In this document: positions 11,780 to 25,448 of the stretch, in pieces
Layout of the letters: each line of letters starts with the position of its first letter
How positions within the stretch are numbered: position 1 is the first letter of the stretch
Origin: Lama guanicoe
Lineage: Eukaryota
Assembly (NCBI GenBank): GCA_013239625.1
Contig: MU054220.1
Coordinates: 8,777,367-8,841,366, forward strand
DNA: 64,000 bases
Direction of reading: 5' to 3'
Made by a program: the position numbers and the translations under genes
The notes under the pieces: model-generated
What the model was told of the DNA's origin: nothing
Databases searched by the model: none
Seen by the model: only the letters and a program-made list of their open reading frames with translations

Positions 11780-14700
11780 TTTTGATACATTATTCATGCT
11801 TATCCATATGTCCTGTTGAAGTGATTGACAGTTATTGACATGTTTTATATTTTAAAACTTTTTGAACTGCTGTAGTAACACAAACAAAGAAATCAGTCTA
11901 AGAGATATGCGCAACTGAATGAGTTTTAAGGGAAACACTCTTGTAACCTTCAAAACTGAAAGTTGAATGGCCCTTGTTGGTCACCCTACAAGTTCTCCAC
12001 ATGCCCCCTCTCAAATATCACTTATCTCACTCTTCCAAAGTGAGGGTAAACCCATAATCACTCTTATTTTTATTGTAATAATCTCCCTACTTTCCTATAT
12101 AGTTTTAAAAATTCAAGGTTGCATTTCTAAACACTATAGTTTAGCTTTCCCTACTTTTAAATGACATTATTACCTTGAAATGTCTCCTTTCTCTCTCTAG
12201 CTTAGTAAATTATTTTAAGTCAGGGACCTATGTAAACATTTCCAAGTCAGGAAACAGAACTTCTCCAGGCCAACTAGAAGCCCTTCATTTACCTGATCTC
12301 AATGACAGTCACTTCCTTTCCTGCAAAATAACTCAACATTGACTTTTAATCATTTATTTGCATTTCCTTATTATTTCTTCTTTCAAGTGGTGTGACACAG
12401 GGCATTAATCTAAACACTATAATATAGTCAAATCTGATTTATAAATTTTATGTGATGTATCTTTTAAATCACAAAAAGTCCCTAGATTTCTCCTTCATCT
12501 TTTTGTGTTCTTTAAGATATATTTGTTTAGGGATCTAGACCACTTATCTATAGCACTTGCCACAGCCTGAATTTAGTTGATTGCATCCTTGTTTTGCAGT
12601 AAATTCCTCTGTGTTTCCTGAAAATTGGCATTCATCAATAAGCTTATTGAAAATCAGGTTTTGTAACTTTGGCAGAACCATAGACGGCATATTAAAGGAC
12701 ACATAAATTGTGGTCATTTCTTGACACATGACGTTAGCAGCTCTTGGTGAGCATCAGCAACTTTGATCTGCATGTTGCTAACTCTCTAGTCATTTTAATT
12801 GAGGTTAATTCTCTGCTAGATTTTTCAAGCAGCACTAAGAGGAAGAACATTCTTGGAGTTCTAACTTGTTAATTACTGGTTTGTGACCTTTATAACCAAA
12901 TATCAGTTTTGATGAATATACAATCTTTGGTTCATATTTCTTTCCCTTGGCTCATTAAGTACATTTCTCCATTTTTCATCTGGCATAAAGCATTTCTGTT
13001 AAAATGTCTTATAATATTGTCACTTATTTTCTTACAATTCCCTAGATTTTTTTTTTTTGTCAAGATGCCCAAGGAATTTTTCCTTAAAGTCCAGTCATTT
13101 CACCCAAATATATCTTCATAAGTGTTGTGGGTTGACAATCTCTCTCTCTCTCTATCTTGCACGTGGTATACTTCTTCACTATGTAGTTTCAAAGTTTAAA
13201 TTTTTAAATTAGTTTCACAAAAATATTTCTGAATTACAGTCTTTTCCATTTGTTCTGTTCTCTTGCCTCTGTTTTCTTCCATAAGGAGGCCAGTTATTCA
13301 CGTTTGGTCTCTGCTCTCTCTTTGTTGTCTGTCTTCAGTATCTTTCAGTTGCTCTTGTTTCTTCACTTCCCTTTCATTTCCAAAATACTCCTCCATTAAT
13401 CTTCTGCTTCTCATAGGACATTATTTATTCTATGCATTTGCCCTTGTGTCTCTCTTAGTTCTTTTCTTTGTGTTTTACTTTTTTTCTTATTATGCCTAAT
13501 TCTTTCCTGAGTTCCATCATCTCATTTTGGAGTTTTCTTTCTTTTTTTTAATATTTTTATTGAAGTATAGTTTACAATGTGTGAATTTCTGGTGTATAGC
13601 ACAATGTTTCAGTCATATAGGAACATACATATATTCATTTTCATATTCTTTTTCACCAGAAGTTACTGCAAGATATTGGATATAGTCCCCTGTGCTATAC
13701 AGTATGAACTTGTTGTTTACCTATTTTACATATAGTAGTTAGTATCTATAAATCTTGAACTCCCAATTTATCCCTTCCCATCTCCTTCCCACCCTGGTAA
13801 CTATAAGTTTGTTTTGTATGTCTGTGAGTCTGTTTTTGTTCTGTAAATAAGTTTGTCTTTTTTTTTTTTAAGATATAAGTGATATCATATGGTATTTTTA
13901 TTTCTTTCTTATTTACTTCACTTAGAATGACAATCTCCAGGACCATCCATGTTGCTGCAAATGGCAGAGTTTTCATTTTAAATTCTCAGTCATTACTTTT
14001 CTTTTATATTTTGTCATCTTGTTTTAAAATAGTTTTTTTTTTTTAAATTGTTTAGTCTTTTCCTAGTGTGCTTTTATTGTCTCCAGGGATATTTTCAACA
14101 CTTTAGTCTCTCTTTTTTCTTATGATAATTTTGTGTGAGATTTGACCTTGATCTTTTGTTTTTACTTTGGTTTATGTGAACTTGTTTTCCCGAAATTTTA
14201 AAATGAGTTGTTCAATTAGAATCCATAGTTCAAAAGTTAGAAAACATAACTTCACAAAGCTTTTAAATTTTCTGGTGTTCATGTAGCATTAAAAAATACA
14301 GTATCTTCATTTCTGGAACTCCCTGGTTCTCTTTCCTTCCCTCACTTACTTAAGACCCTTCTCTGTCTTTTCCTCTCAATTTTGATTCTACTCCCTTCAA
14401 TTTTTCCTTAGTGTGAGGTACTGTCCTGGAAGGGAGCCCTGGATGGTAAATTTTGAGAATTCACATTTTGCATTTACCTGGTTTTGGATTGGGCAAAGTC
14501 TTTCCAAAGTTCAGCTGATGCTCTCAAATTGGCCTGTGATACTTTCCCATGAATTCTTTTTGTCTGGTACAGAATTTTTCTTCTGTCAGGTCCGATACAA
14601 TTTCCCCCTTTGGGTTCTTCTCACAAAGATGCTGATAAAATGCAGGTGTTTGGGTTCTTGGTGGTTAATCCCTACCCATTTGTATTTTGAATTTTGTGAG

Positions 14701-14780
14701 GATACTTGGTCACATAGTTTTATTATACACATTGTGGTGAGTATCTGTGTGTTTTGCCACCTAGTTAAGCTGCATGATTT
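11780..14780 (-). mobile_element. Highly degraded ancient L1/HAL1-like fragments, interrupted by a young L1 3' end
   Basis: Strong T skew with L1ME-like phrases; boundaries poorly defined. Confidence 0.4.
13538..13966 (-). mobile_element. Young lineage-specific L1 3' end, 5'-truncated
   Basis: Poly(T) followed by 'ttattgaagtatagtttacaatgtg...'. ORF 13746-13976 gives LPFAATWMVLEIVILSEV (ORF2 C-terminus). Candidate TSD gagttttc at 13530-13537 and 13967-13974. Confidence 0.95.
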
Positions 14781-17049
14781 TTCAAGATCAATCTAGGAAA
14801 ATGTCCTTACGGGGTATTTGAGGAACAAAGTCAGAAACAGAAAGCAGGACAGGGAGATCTCCACCTTAAAGTCTGAATTACATGAGCTGTGGGAAGAAAA
14901 ATGTTTCCCACTTAATGGTGCTGCAAGGAAGTCTGTATACGCAGGAAAAAACAAAGTATTATTTTCATGAAGATGAAAGGAAAGTTCAGATCACTGATTT
15001 TGTAGGAGAACTTCTGTGATTCTGAGTTCCTAACAGCAGACCATTTATGAAAGCAGGAGAGATTGGGAAAGGAGTGAGAATATAGAATGTACAGAATAAT
15101 ATGAAGGTAAGCATTGATGCAATGATAGATTTTTTGAAATAACTGGATGTCTTCTATTGACTAAAACTGATGAACATACACGGTCATATAGATTTCTTTC
15201 TGGATCTCAAAACACAAGGCTACTAAAGGTTTCATCTTGTGGTACTATGACAGCTGTGAGGTTCAAAATGAAGACTCTGGGTCTATTGTTATTAATTACC
15301 ATTAGTTAGATGCATCTGCAGATATCAGAATCCTTGCTATTCATTCAGTCTAGCATAGTCAGAGGAATTCTTAAACTCTACAGGTGTGAGAAATGCAGGC
15401 GTTCATCTTCTACACAGTTTCCATGAGTGTCCACTTTCTTATGTAATGAATAATTCAAACCTTTTACAATTACTCATTATACAGAATAGGCTTCTGATAT
15501 AAATAGTTCACATTTTTAATACTGAATTTAAATTCATGTTAAGTACTGATATGTTATAGATTAATTTCCACATAAGCTTTGTTTGCTTCCAATTCATTCT
15601 ATAACCATCGAGACAATACTTAATCTATTAAAAAAATTTTTTTTGGTCTATTTTCTTGGATCTAATTCTCTTCTCCAGAAACCTGAGTTCTAGGTCCTGC
15701 ATACATTTTTGTTTTCATGAACCACGTTTTCAACTTCAGGGCTAGAACGGGGGAAATTACACACCCTATTCCTTTTGGTGAGAATAGAACCTTCCTGATT
15801 GGAACCAGAATTAGACTTTACAATGACATGACTGTTCCTTTATAATGTCATCAGATCACACCAGCAGACTCTGCTCGTGTACATGTTGGTTTTATTGTTT
15901 AGTCTTGTCTCACTCAATAGCATGTAAGCTACAAACAAGCGTTTCAAACACTACCAGTGATCCCTATATATTGTTCAGAGTTTAATGGTTCCTCAAACCC
16001 AAGATTTCTTTTAGAGTGCAAGTTTTTAAAGCACCTTCCTGAAGATTAACTCTGAACACTATTTTCAACAGTGAAGAAACACTTTTTTTGTCAATAAGAC
16101 TGATTGGTGGAGATGACCTATATACCTCATAGGAGGAACAGTTTTGTGGCTGTCTTTTCCTGGTATGAATCAGAGTCTTATGTGTATATTTTTCTGTTTT
16201 GTTGTTGTCATGGTCAATACTGTTGTTTGTAACCCCCTCCCTTGATTATTTGAAGAACAGAAAATACACTCACATACCAGTGCTCTTGGTCCGTAACTGA
16301 TTTACTGGCGTTCATTTATCACTGCATTGCAACCGAGTGCTGGTAGCACAAGACAAATAGAGCTATTCAGTCTTTTTCTTTTCTGTACTTGCTTGTCAGC
16401 CACTCCAAGGGGAAGGAGTGGTGGTGGCAAAATTAAGCAGTGGGAACTCAATACAGAAAGGCCTTCCAGGTCAAGTTCAAGTTACAATAACTTAATCATC
16501 AGGGAACTCTCCCATATTCTGTTCTGTTGAAACTTTAAATCCAAGTCAAATAGCTAATGGTAAATTCTGAAAGCATAGCGCAGAACTGAGTGAACTTTGG
16601 AATGCGTGTACCTGGACTGAATTTAAGATCCTTTTTTTTCCTTTTTTTTTTTTTCGCTCTCCTGAAATGACTGTAACGTATACAATATGGAAAATTTTTC
16701 TGCATAAGAAGAAAGTTTTCTACCTCTGATAGCTTGCTTGCCTAATGCTGTATTGAAGGCTTATTAAAAAAAATTATATTAAGATGCCCACAATTTGCAT
16801 TAGAAACATCAGATGCCTAAGGAAAGGAAGTCTTTTTGAAAAATGAGTGAACTCTGATGAAATCTAGTTACTTGCAGTTGAAGAAATTTTAATGACTCTT
16901 CATTGTCTAGTTTTAAGAGAAAAAGAGACTAGAAATGGATGAGTGTGAAACCCTTCTTGCTTTATTTCAGACAATCCTATCATGAAATCAGATCATGTGA
17001 TCCCCAATTTCAATTTAAATAAGTGAAAAATTAAGTTCCTTACATTATA

Positions 17050-17280
17050 CAGTTGACATTTGAACAATGCAGGGGGGTGGGCACCAACCCTCTGAACAGT
17101 TAGAAATCCATGTGTAAATTATAGCCCCCTCTTTGTAGACTTGGTTCCTCAGTATCCCTGGTTCTGCATCCACAGATTCACCAGTTGGGATCATATAGTA
17201 CTGTAGGAGATTTTTACTGAAAAAAATCCGTGTATAACTGGACCCACGCAATTCAAACCCAGTTAATCAAGGATCAATAG
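17050..17280 (-). mobile_element. MER8-like Tigger-derived MITE (TcMar)
   Basis: TA followed by TIR 'cagttgacatttgaacaa'; degenerate right TIR 'ttaatcaaggatcaatag'; internal 'aaaaaatccgtgtataactggacccacgcaattcaaaccc'. Confidence 0.88.
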
Positions 17281-17799
17281 CATTCTAATTTTTCACTTTG
17301 CCTATGGTTGCCCTGCATCTTATTTTTCTTCCTTTTACCCAATGAAATCACAATGAAGAGTGCATTTTTAGGGAAATATTTTGAGACTAATAGCTTCATA
17401 TCAAATCATAAAAACTAAAACTTTGAATGGAAACTTAGGGACAAAAATTTAAATATATTTGCTTCCCTTTCTTCTTCTGTCTCAATTACTTTTATTTATT
17501 AAATAGGCTAAGACTATGATATTTCCCTGATAATAATGAAATATAGGACATCTTGCTGTCATTCAGAATAATTCAATCATCTCTGATACCAGTAATCTGC
17601 CAAAAGATAATTCCTGAGAAATCATAGAGAAATCTTTCTGCTTTGTTTTCTTTTTGAAAGTGACAACATTTATTTGGTAGATCATAAGAAGCACCAGCCC
17701 ACAAGCACTCATCTGTGTTTGAACCACATTAGACATGAGTACAAAAACTAAAACTTTCATGATGAGAAATAAAATGATTTTTGATAAATTGAGGGCTCT

Positions 17800-18380
17800 C
17801 TCAACATTTATATTGAGTGCCTACTACGTTCTAGGCACTCATCTAAGTGCTAGATACATAAAAGTATACATAATAGACAAAAGTCCCTGGCTTCATGGAG
17901 CTGATGTTCTAGAAAAATACGAAGTATTTTATATGTAAATCTTGTAGATGAAGTCTGATGCCAATACCTAACAGCAATAACTTTCTGTATTTTTGGTAAT
18001 ATCTGAAGTATTATAAATAAGACTATGGACCTTATGTTTCATTCAGTTATTCAGTTATTCAGCTTACATTTATGGTGGTGACATGTGGCAAGCACAATAC
18101 TAGAAAGAAAGAGGGTGTGAAAATGAACAAGTTTGGCCTGGTGCTCACCCTCCATCCACCACAGAAAATACATACTGAATAAACAGTTAGAATATGAAGC
18201 ATCAAGAGAAATGTGGAGGGTGCTCCAGGAGACGTAACAGGTGGACTTATCTTAGAAGAAAGTTCAGAAAATCTCCATCAACTTAATTACCTTTAATCAG
18301 AGATCTGTCGGACAGGGTAGAGATATCCCAGTAAAGAAAGGAGGTTACTAAGGGCATGGACAATGAGGTATGTCTGGCAT
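17800..18380 (-). mobile_element. L2 3'-end fragments
   Basis: 'caacatttatattgagtgcctactacgttctaggcac...aaagtccctggcttcatggagctga' and a second (ttca)-type end near 18040. Confidence 0.7.
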
Positions 18381-18559
18381 GGAAATTTGTGAAGAAAGAG
18401 GAGTTATTCAAGGTATGTAACTTTTCAATAATAATAAAGCGATATAAAATCATTTTCAGTTGCATAATTGTAGATTATTCCCACACTAGCATCCCAAACT
18501 GTTAACACTTAGTCCTTTTCCTATGTTCAAAGATATGAAGCATGGCTTGCAAGATATGT

Positions 18560-19190
18560 AAGGAAAGCTTGGATCATAAAGGAAAATAACAAGGTAAAAA
18601 TATCTACTAACTCACCTCAGTGGAAACAGAAAACTAAAATGAAAAAAAAAAACAGAAAAAAATTTTTAAAAAATTCTAACAATTCGTTCTCTTAAATATT
18701 CACAAGGTTATTTTATCTGTAAAATAAGGCCATATAATAAAAAGGAAAATCAAAGAATAAGAAAAAAATTTCTGGAAGATTAACTACAGAATTTTAAAGT
18801 TTAAAGTTTAAAGTTTTGATGAAAATGAAAAAAATGCATGAAAACGCAGTGTACAGATTTTAACACCAAGCTAGTGATCTAGAAGTTAAAGATAATTTTA
18901 AGGTTCTTTCCCATAGTACAGATAAGATTGAGGATAAATTCAAGTGGTCCGTCTGTCCATTTGTATGATATAAACTGTAAACTCAAAGAACATGAATAAG
19001 AATATATTATAAAATATATAGTAGAAGATATAATAGAAGAAACTTTACTCAAACTGAAGAATTCATATTGAATAGCACCACTACATTCTAAGAACATGAA
19101 TTAAAAATAATTCATACACTCTAGTGAAATTTAAAGACAATTACGATGATGCCAAAAATCACAAGAACTTCCTGAAAAAAAAAAAGGATT
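18560..19190 (+). mobile_element. Degraded ancient L1/HAL1 ORF1-like fragment
   Basis: A-rich skew with 'gaagataataatagaagaaac'-like and 'ctagtgaaattt' ORF1-type phrases. Confidence 0.45.
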
Positions 19191-20224
19191 CTTACTAGGA
19201 ATAAATAGGCAAGAGGTACATGATTTATTACCTTGTCAAGCTCAACTGTTTCATTATATGTATGAATCAAATGAGGCCCAGAGTCACAAAGGCTGTTCTG
19301 GCAGATCTGAAATGTACCAGTAGTGCCTTTGCATATTGAAAAGCTTTATGTATCCAGGGAGGTATCAGACCATTTTTATTACCATCACCAAATACCACAT
19401 TGAATTCAACTGATGACACCAACAAACAAATTTAATTCATGGACAAATTTAGTAAATAAACACTAAGGAGTCAAAGAGTTTTCATGATTCCAAAGACTCT
19501 CTACTCTTTAACACAAACACTGTGTTCAAATAAGTAGTACTTCATGCAGACACTTAATTCACCAAAATTACATAAGCTATTTATTACTGCATAAAAAGAA
19601 AGTATACCTTTTACCTTTGTTTGCAAATAGTTATTTCATGTCAAATAATGGTAGCCCTCAGAGAATAAACTGTATCTTAGTACAATGTGGATTTTAAAAT
19701 AGTACACACATTGTTAATACACCATTATGCACATTTAGAATAAAACCAGGTATTATCTTAGAGAAAGAATGATACTGTAACTTTGTTATAATTTAATATG
19801 ACATTAGCCAAATAACTATATATGGAGATAACATGAGCTTGCCTCAAGCATTTAATGAGCAAATATATATAATGATGAACAGGGTATTCATACTGTGAGC
19901 CTCTGAGATACGCTAAACAAAATTAGTTAAAAGATGTCTGAAGTCAAGAAATCATTATTTGAGGGAGAAAATATTCATTAGGAATTTGATTCTAATTGAA
20001 ACTTACCAAATGACAAATATAATTTCTTTCTCTCCCATGCGAGAATTCAAGGCTACTGAAGTGTTGCTTCTTACATATACTAAAAGGTGAAATTAATCAA
20101 ATCCATTATCTGCCTCACTGTCACTGCTCACAACAAAATCTGAGCTATATTGAGAAGCTTACCGTGGAGTATGGTTTTAATTAACATTTTATTTTCAAAA
20201 GAAGCAATTTTTGATGTAAAGCAT

Positions 20225-20410
20225 TCTTTTTTATTGAAGAATAGACTTACAATATTACATCAGTTTCAGGCAGAAAACATAGTGATTTGATATGTTTATA
20301 GATTAGACACCATACAAAGCTACTGTAACATTATTGACTATGTACCTATGCTGTACATTATATCTTCGTGAAATTTATTTTTTATAACTGGTAATTTGTT
20401 CTTTTTGACC
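20225..20410 (-). mobile_element. L1MA-like 3' end fragment
   Basis: 'ttttttattgaagaatagacttacaatattacatcagtttcagg...tatgctgtacatta...ttataactggtaatttgttctttttgacc'. Confidence 0.85.
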
Positions 20411-22669
20411 TATAATTGGTGAGATATTTTATTTAAAAAAAAGAAAATAGAAAATATTCTTCCTTAAGTATGAATGAATAATACATAACTCACTAATGTC
20501 TTCCTTATCATATACCATCCTCTAGTGCACAGTTTTTTCTGAACGGAGTTTTCCTTATTATTAGAGAGGTTATTTTTATTAAAGGGAGTAAAAAAAGTTA
20601 AAAGAGCTGCTTGAATCAAATTAGATCCTCTATTTTCTATTGTGTTTCTAATGATGAGTATATACTGACTGTGTTCTTTAAATATCCTCAAGGAATTTCA
20701 AAAATAATCCATAATGTGTTTGATATCTCACACCTTGCCTCTTCATTTGTTCATATATATGGCTATTTCAATTTTTTTCCTTTACAGATCTCTAGTATTC
20801 TTAGGAAAAAAATAAAGAAGAGAAAATTACAGGTCTGTGGAAAGTTTTCATAGTTCTGTCTCTTCTAATTCTTTCACAACATTATGGGCTTTATGTCTGA
20901 GCCTGGGTGTTCAGTTAATGGATTCAAATCCATTTACTCCTTTATATATGTTTCAGTTTTTACAATCTGAGAAATCTAGGAAAGAGTCTCATCTTTTTCC
21001 TTATCTAAATGATAAAAGACATAGTGGGCATCTTTCTTTGAATAGTCTTAGTTTGTTCAGAAGAAGTGGATAGAAAAATGTAGAGAAGTAGGCTGCTTCA
21101 CACTTCTAATACCAGTTCCTCAAAGGAAATAGAATTGCCTCGATGTCTGTGCTTCTGTATAATGAAAATGTGCATTCTCCAACTTAATGAAATGGAGGAA
21201 ACATATATTAAATGAATGTGACAAATCTGCTACTTATAGAGAGGGGAATTAAAAATATCTGTCTTCCCACGAGTAATTCAGATTTTGTAGATTTATTACG
21301 CTTCTTATCCTTATGAAAATCCCTACTTAAATAGGGAAGGCAAATTCACTGTATCTACACATTGATTACCACAGCTTGACTGGTTACTGCACATCAAAAA
21401 CAGACTAACATTAGAAAACATCCATAAATGGGTAATTTAAAGCCCAAGGGAACAGCATGATTCCCAGGCAGTAGAAACTTAGTTTTACTGGAAAATTAAC
21501 AGTTACATACCTCGGTCGAAGTTTATGAGATCAACCGTGAAAGAAGAATCTACCCGTATTTATCCACCACCTGGAAACACCAGGTATCACATATTCCTGC
21601 TTTAAATAGGTTGCTTAGCAGCATAATTAATATTTATTATTATTTTTTATTAATGTTTAGTATTATTAAATGTGTAGTTGAATATACCAAACGATATACA
21701 ACTACAGTACATAGCAGTAAAACGTATTTTGTCCTCTAAATTCATGTACTCATAGTGGCTACTACAGGGACGACACAAATTTTAGAGTCTCCTCTAAAGT
21801 TTTGAGGTTAGCTTTCTAAAATGAAGTTTGCCTAGCTCTCTCTCTCCCAAAATATCTTTAATGGCATTATCCGAAAGAACACTGGAATATTGGGTTACTG
21901 TCTTACTTGGCTGAATATATCTTCTGCTCTTATTTGTGGTCCAGTCAGCTGTTTCTTTTTTTTTTTTTTTACCTCTCCTATACAGAAGAGATTGGAAGTG
22001 ACAAAGATGTCAGGTGACCAAATCGTCTTATCCTCAGCTATACTAGCACGCTTAATAATGTGCTTAGAGATCTTAAGCACTGTCCATATCTAAGTTCATG
22101 TAAAACTCTTTTAACCTGAAAGACTTTGATGTTTCATGAAAATGGACGTCTGTCTATTTTGGAAAATTGATGAAAGGGTGTGAGGACGTGCAGTGTGTCT
22201 TAAAGACCTAGCTCCCTCATTATATTAAGAAAAGAATTTCTCTACAGTCCAAGATTTGATTTGGGGATAATTTGATTCATTTATCCTTCTTCTCTTCCTC
22301 TTCCTTTACTCCCTTTATCAGTTCTATATTTCAAGTATGTGATTGTTTTAACTTTTTACTGTTTGGTAATGTCCCATCCCTTAATTTCTGTTATTTAAGA
22401 GTCATTTGGCAAATAATTTTTCACAAGAGTTTTCACAAGTTTTCAAAGAGAGACTAAACAATTCATTGGAAGGTTCTAAATAAAAACAGGCACATTTTCT
22501 AAAAGTAGGTCATGTGATTTCCAATATAAATGCTTTCTTATCGAAACTGGGAAATCTTAGCCAAGGATAGAAATTTAGGATTTGAAGACAAATGTGTAGA
22601 GCATTCTGCATCATGATACTAACACGGAGGACTTAATTTTTTTTTTCTTTATCTGAAACAAATGGAAAT

Positions 22670-23200
22670 TGTAGCTCAGGCTTAACAATTTGTTAGAAAA
22701 CCTCACAGAACTCACTGAAAACCATTATACTCACAATATGGTTTACAGAGAAAAAGGATATATTAAAATTACCCAAGACAAGAGATATGAAAGGCAGAGT
22801 CCAGGAAGGCTGCAAGAAGCTTCTACAGTCCTCAGGATGTATTACTCTCTGGGCACTGATGTCTGACAATAGTAAGGCGCACTGACAACTAGTGAAGCTC
22901 ACACAAACGTCAGTGTCTAACAGAGTTTTTGCTGGGGCTTTACCTCACAATCATGACGGACTGATTGATTTTCCTTGTGCTTGAACTCAGTCTCCAGCAT
23001 CCCTTTCTCCAGAAATCTGGCTGATATCTCCTGGCTCAAAGGGCCCACCCTGAGTCACCTCATCCACATAAACTCACAGGTGTGGTGCAAGGGGTCCACG
23101 ATGAGTAACAAAGGTACTCCTGGCACTTAGGAAATTCCAAGTATTTAGAAAAAATGTCCCAGGAGTCAGTGATAAAAGACAGACCTCACTTCAGGCACAC
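22670..23200 (-). mobile_element. MER21-like ERVL LTR
   Basis: 'ctcacagaactcactgaaaaccattatactcacaatatggtttacag' and 'ggaaattccaagtatttagaa...ccaggagtcag' fit MER21 as I recall it. Confidence 0.8.
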
Positions 23201-23549
23201 CATCCCTAAAAATATCAACTGATTTCAACTAAATGAGGATTTATTGTTAACTTATTAAGAGTATAGGGCCCTCATTGCTCTTTTCTCTCTCTTTTATTGT
23301 TGGAGGGGGAGGGTAATGAGGCAGGTGATTATAATCTGAACTAGAAGCTGACATATTTTTATGCTGGACGGTATTTGTCAGTGATGCTTTTCTGTGTGTT
23401 GAATGAAGAGAGTGGAATGAGGACTGTATCTCTCTCCCATAAATTGGATGTTCCAGTCTCAGATCTCTGCTAATATCACTTCTCCAATATATGCCTAGAG
23501 AAAATAATACAGTACTTAAGAATACACTTCAATAACTCTAAGGAGGTTT

Positions 23550-24150
23550 TGTGTCCTGCAAAGAACCTAATTTTGGAGACACTAATGTGAAGATGTACCC
23601 CAAATTTCTGGTTCTTGGCAATACTGAACCTAAGGAGGAAAGAAAAGCAGTAATGGGGTAGACTATGAGACAGGAAGGAATGGGGCAGAGCACAACTATT
23701 AAAGGAATGACACAGCAATTAAGGACAGGACAAACTGGTTACAACCAAGATGGCAGAAGGTTTGACTTCTAGACCTTGAGCCTCATGGCACACCCACGGG
23801 TACCATGACAGTTCCCAGGGTGTCCTTAAAAGTTCAAAAAAGTGGGTGGGGGGCCCAAATCCTAGAAATCTCCACGCCTTTCTCCAAAATAGTTGGAATA
23901 ATTTTCTTATTCATTAACATATGAAATTACCGAGCCCATAAAAACGAACAACTCTGAACCTCGTGGTTGCTCTCTCTCTCTCTCGCCTTCTGAGACGGCT
24001 GGCACTCTGTCTATGGAATGTGTATCTACTTTTAGTTTAAACGAACCATCTCTACACCTCTCAGTCTCTCTCCTTCTCATCTTTCTGTGATGGCCCCAAT
24101 TCCGCCTATGGAGTGCATATCTCCCTAGCCACTCTCCCTTCTGAGTGTGT
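23550..24150 (+). mobile_element. ERV1-class LTR (laurasiatherian type), 3'-truncated, with an internally repeated segment
   Basis: 'ccatgacagttcccagg...aaaaagtgggtgggggcccaaatcc...aaaatagttggaataat...gagcccataaaaac' (TATA-like); the unit 'ttctgaga..ctatggaatgtgtatct' recurs at ~23985 and ~24080. Confidence 0.7.
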
Positions 24151-24464
24151 AAAGATGAGTGGGGAGAAAATGTTTCAGAGTAGCTGAAGATAGAGATTTT
24201 GGAAACTGAGTGAAAGACAGATTCTGCTTCCTTTCAAATGTTCATTCAGTGCTAGCATTGGTTTTGCCAACTGAACTTAAGTAACATGGCCTTGTTTTAC
24301 CTGTTTTGGGTTGTAATTTAGAAGAAATGGAAAATTCAAAGATTTTGAAACATCATTTACACTCTTTTCTGCAGTTGACAATCAGTTGGGAGACCATTGT
24401 GATAATTCAGCTCTGGAGCCGTATCAGGTCATTTGCAAATATATACAGTGTAAAAATACATTAA

Positions 24465-24547
24465 GAAGGGAAAGGAGAAGAAAGGGTGGAAGGAAGGGAG
24501 GAAGATAGTAAGGAAGGGGGAAAAGAAGGAAGGAAGGAAGGAAGGAT
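24465..24547 (+). repeat. Polypurine (GGAA-rich) low-complexity tract
   Basis: Directly visible. Confidence 0.9.
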
Positions 24548-25246
24548 CATTTAAGTAGATGATGTGTTGGTGAAAAAAATGGTCCAAAAAGAAGGGTGTC
24601 AGCTTGAGAGAAAATATTCACTAGGGAAGAAAGTACATGCATGTTTCTTGTCTGGCTTCTTCTTAAAAAAATAAGTGATGTCATTCATTTAGAGACCAAT
24701 AGGGAATGAGCAGAATTTTGATGTGTCAAACCCATCCATCTCCTTCTTCCTGATCTCTCTCTGTTTGAAGTTCACTTTTATTTTCTAAAATAATAGATTT
24801 CAAATATCACATTTTGTTGCCAGTGCTCTCAGGCTTCACTTCCAACTATTGACTGATCACTGTCATTTGTCACTTTTTGTACAAAACATGTTTTTTGAGA
24901 ATCTGCAGAACTGTTTTTTCTACTTATGATACACTCTGTTTTCTAAGGAAAGCCCCATTTCTCATATAACTGTGATATTTTGGTGTTTCATTCCCTAGTT
25001 AACATAAATTATAATATCATAAAAATAGGAGACAAAATATCATTGGAGATCAGCTAATTCTACCTTGTTCTACAAATGGGAAAAATATCCCAAGATGTTA
25101 GCCGACTTGTTAGGGTCATGCAGCTCATTAATGGAAATTCAACATTCCTTTTTTTTTAATTCATAAAAAAAAAGCTTAGTTTATTTTTGTTTTGTTTTCA
25201 GCCCTGATTTTTCGTTGTTTATGTACATATGCAATCTCCACTTATT

Positions 25247-25448
25247 TCATTTATTTATTTATTCATTTATTTAATATTTTTATTGAAGTATAGTCAATTT
25301 ACAATGTTGTATCAATTTCTGGTGTATAGCACAATGCTTCAGTCATATAGGAACATATGTATATTCATTTTCATATTATTTTTCACCATAAGTTATTACA
25401 AGATATTGAATATAGTTCCCTGTGCTGTACAATATGCACTTGTTGTTT
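25247..25448 (-). mobile_element. Young L1 3' end (~200 bp) with (TTTA)n-converted tail
   Basis: Same family as 13538-13966: 'ttattgaagtatagtcaatttacaatgttgtatcaatttctggtgtatagcac'. Possible TSD tcca(c/t)ttattt on both sides. Confidence 0.92.

Noticed and set aside
24465..24547. GGAA repeats as ETS-fusion response elements
   Set aside because: That activity is specific to human EWSR1-ETS tumours; here they are ordinary microsatellites.
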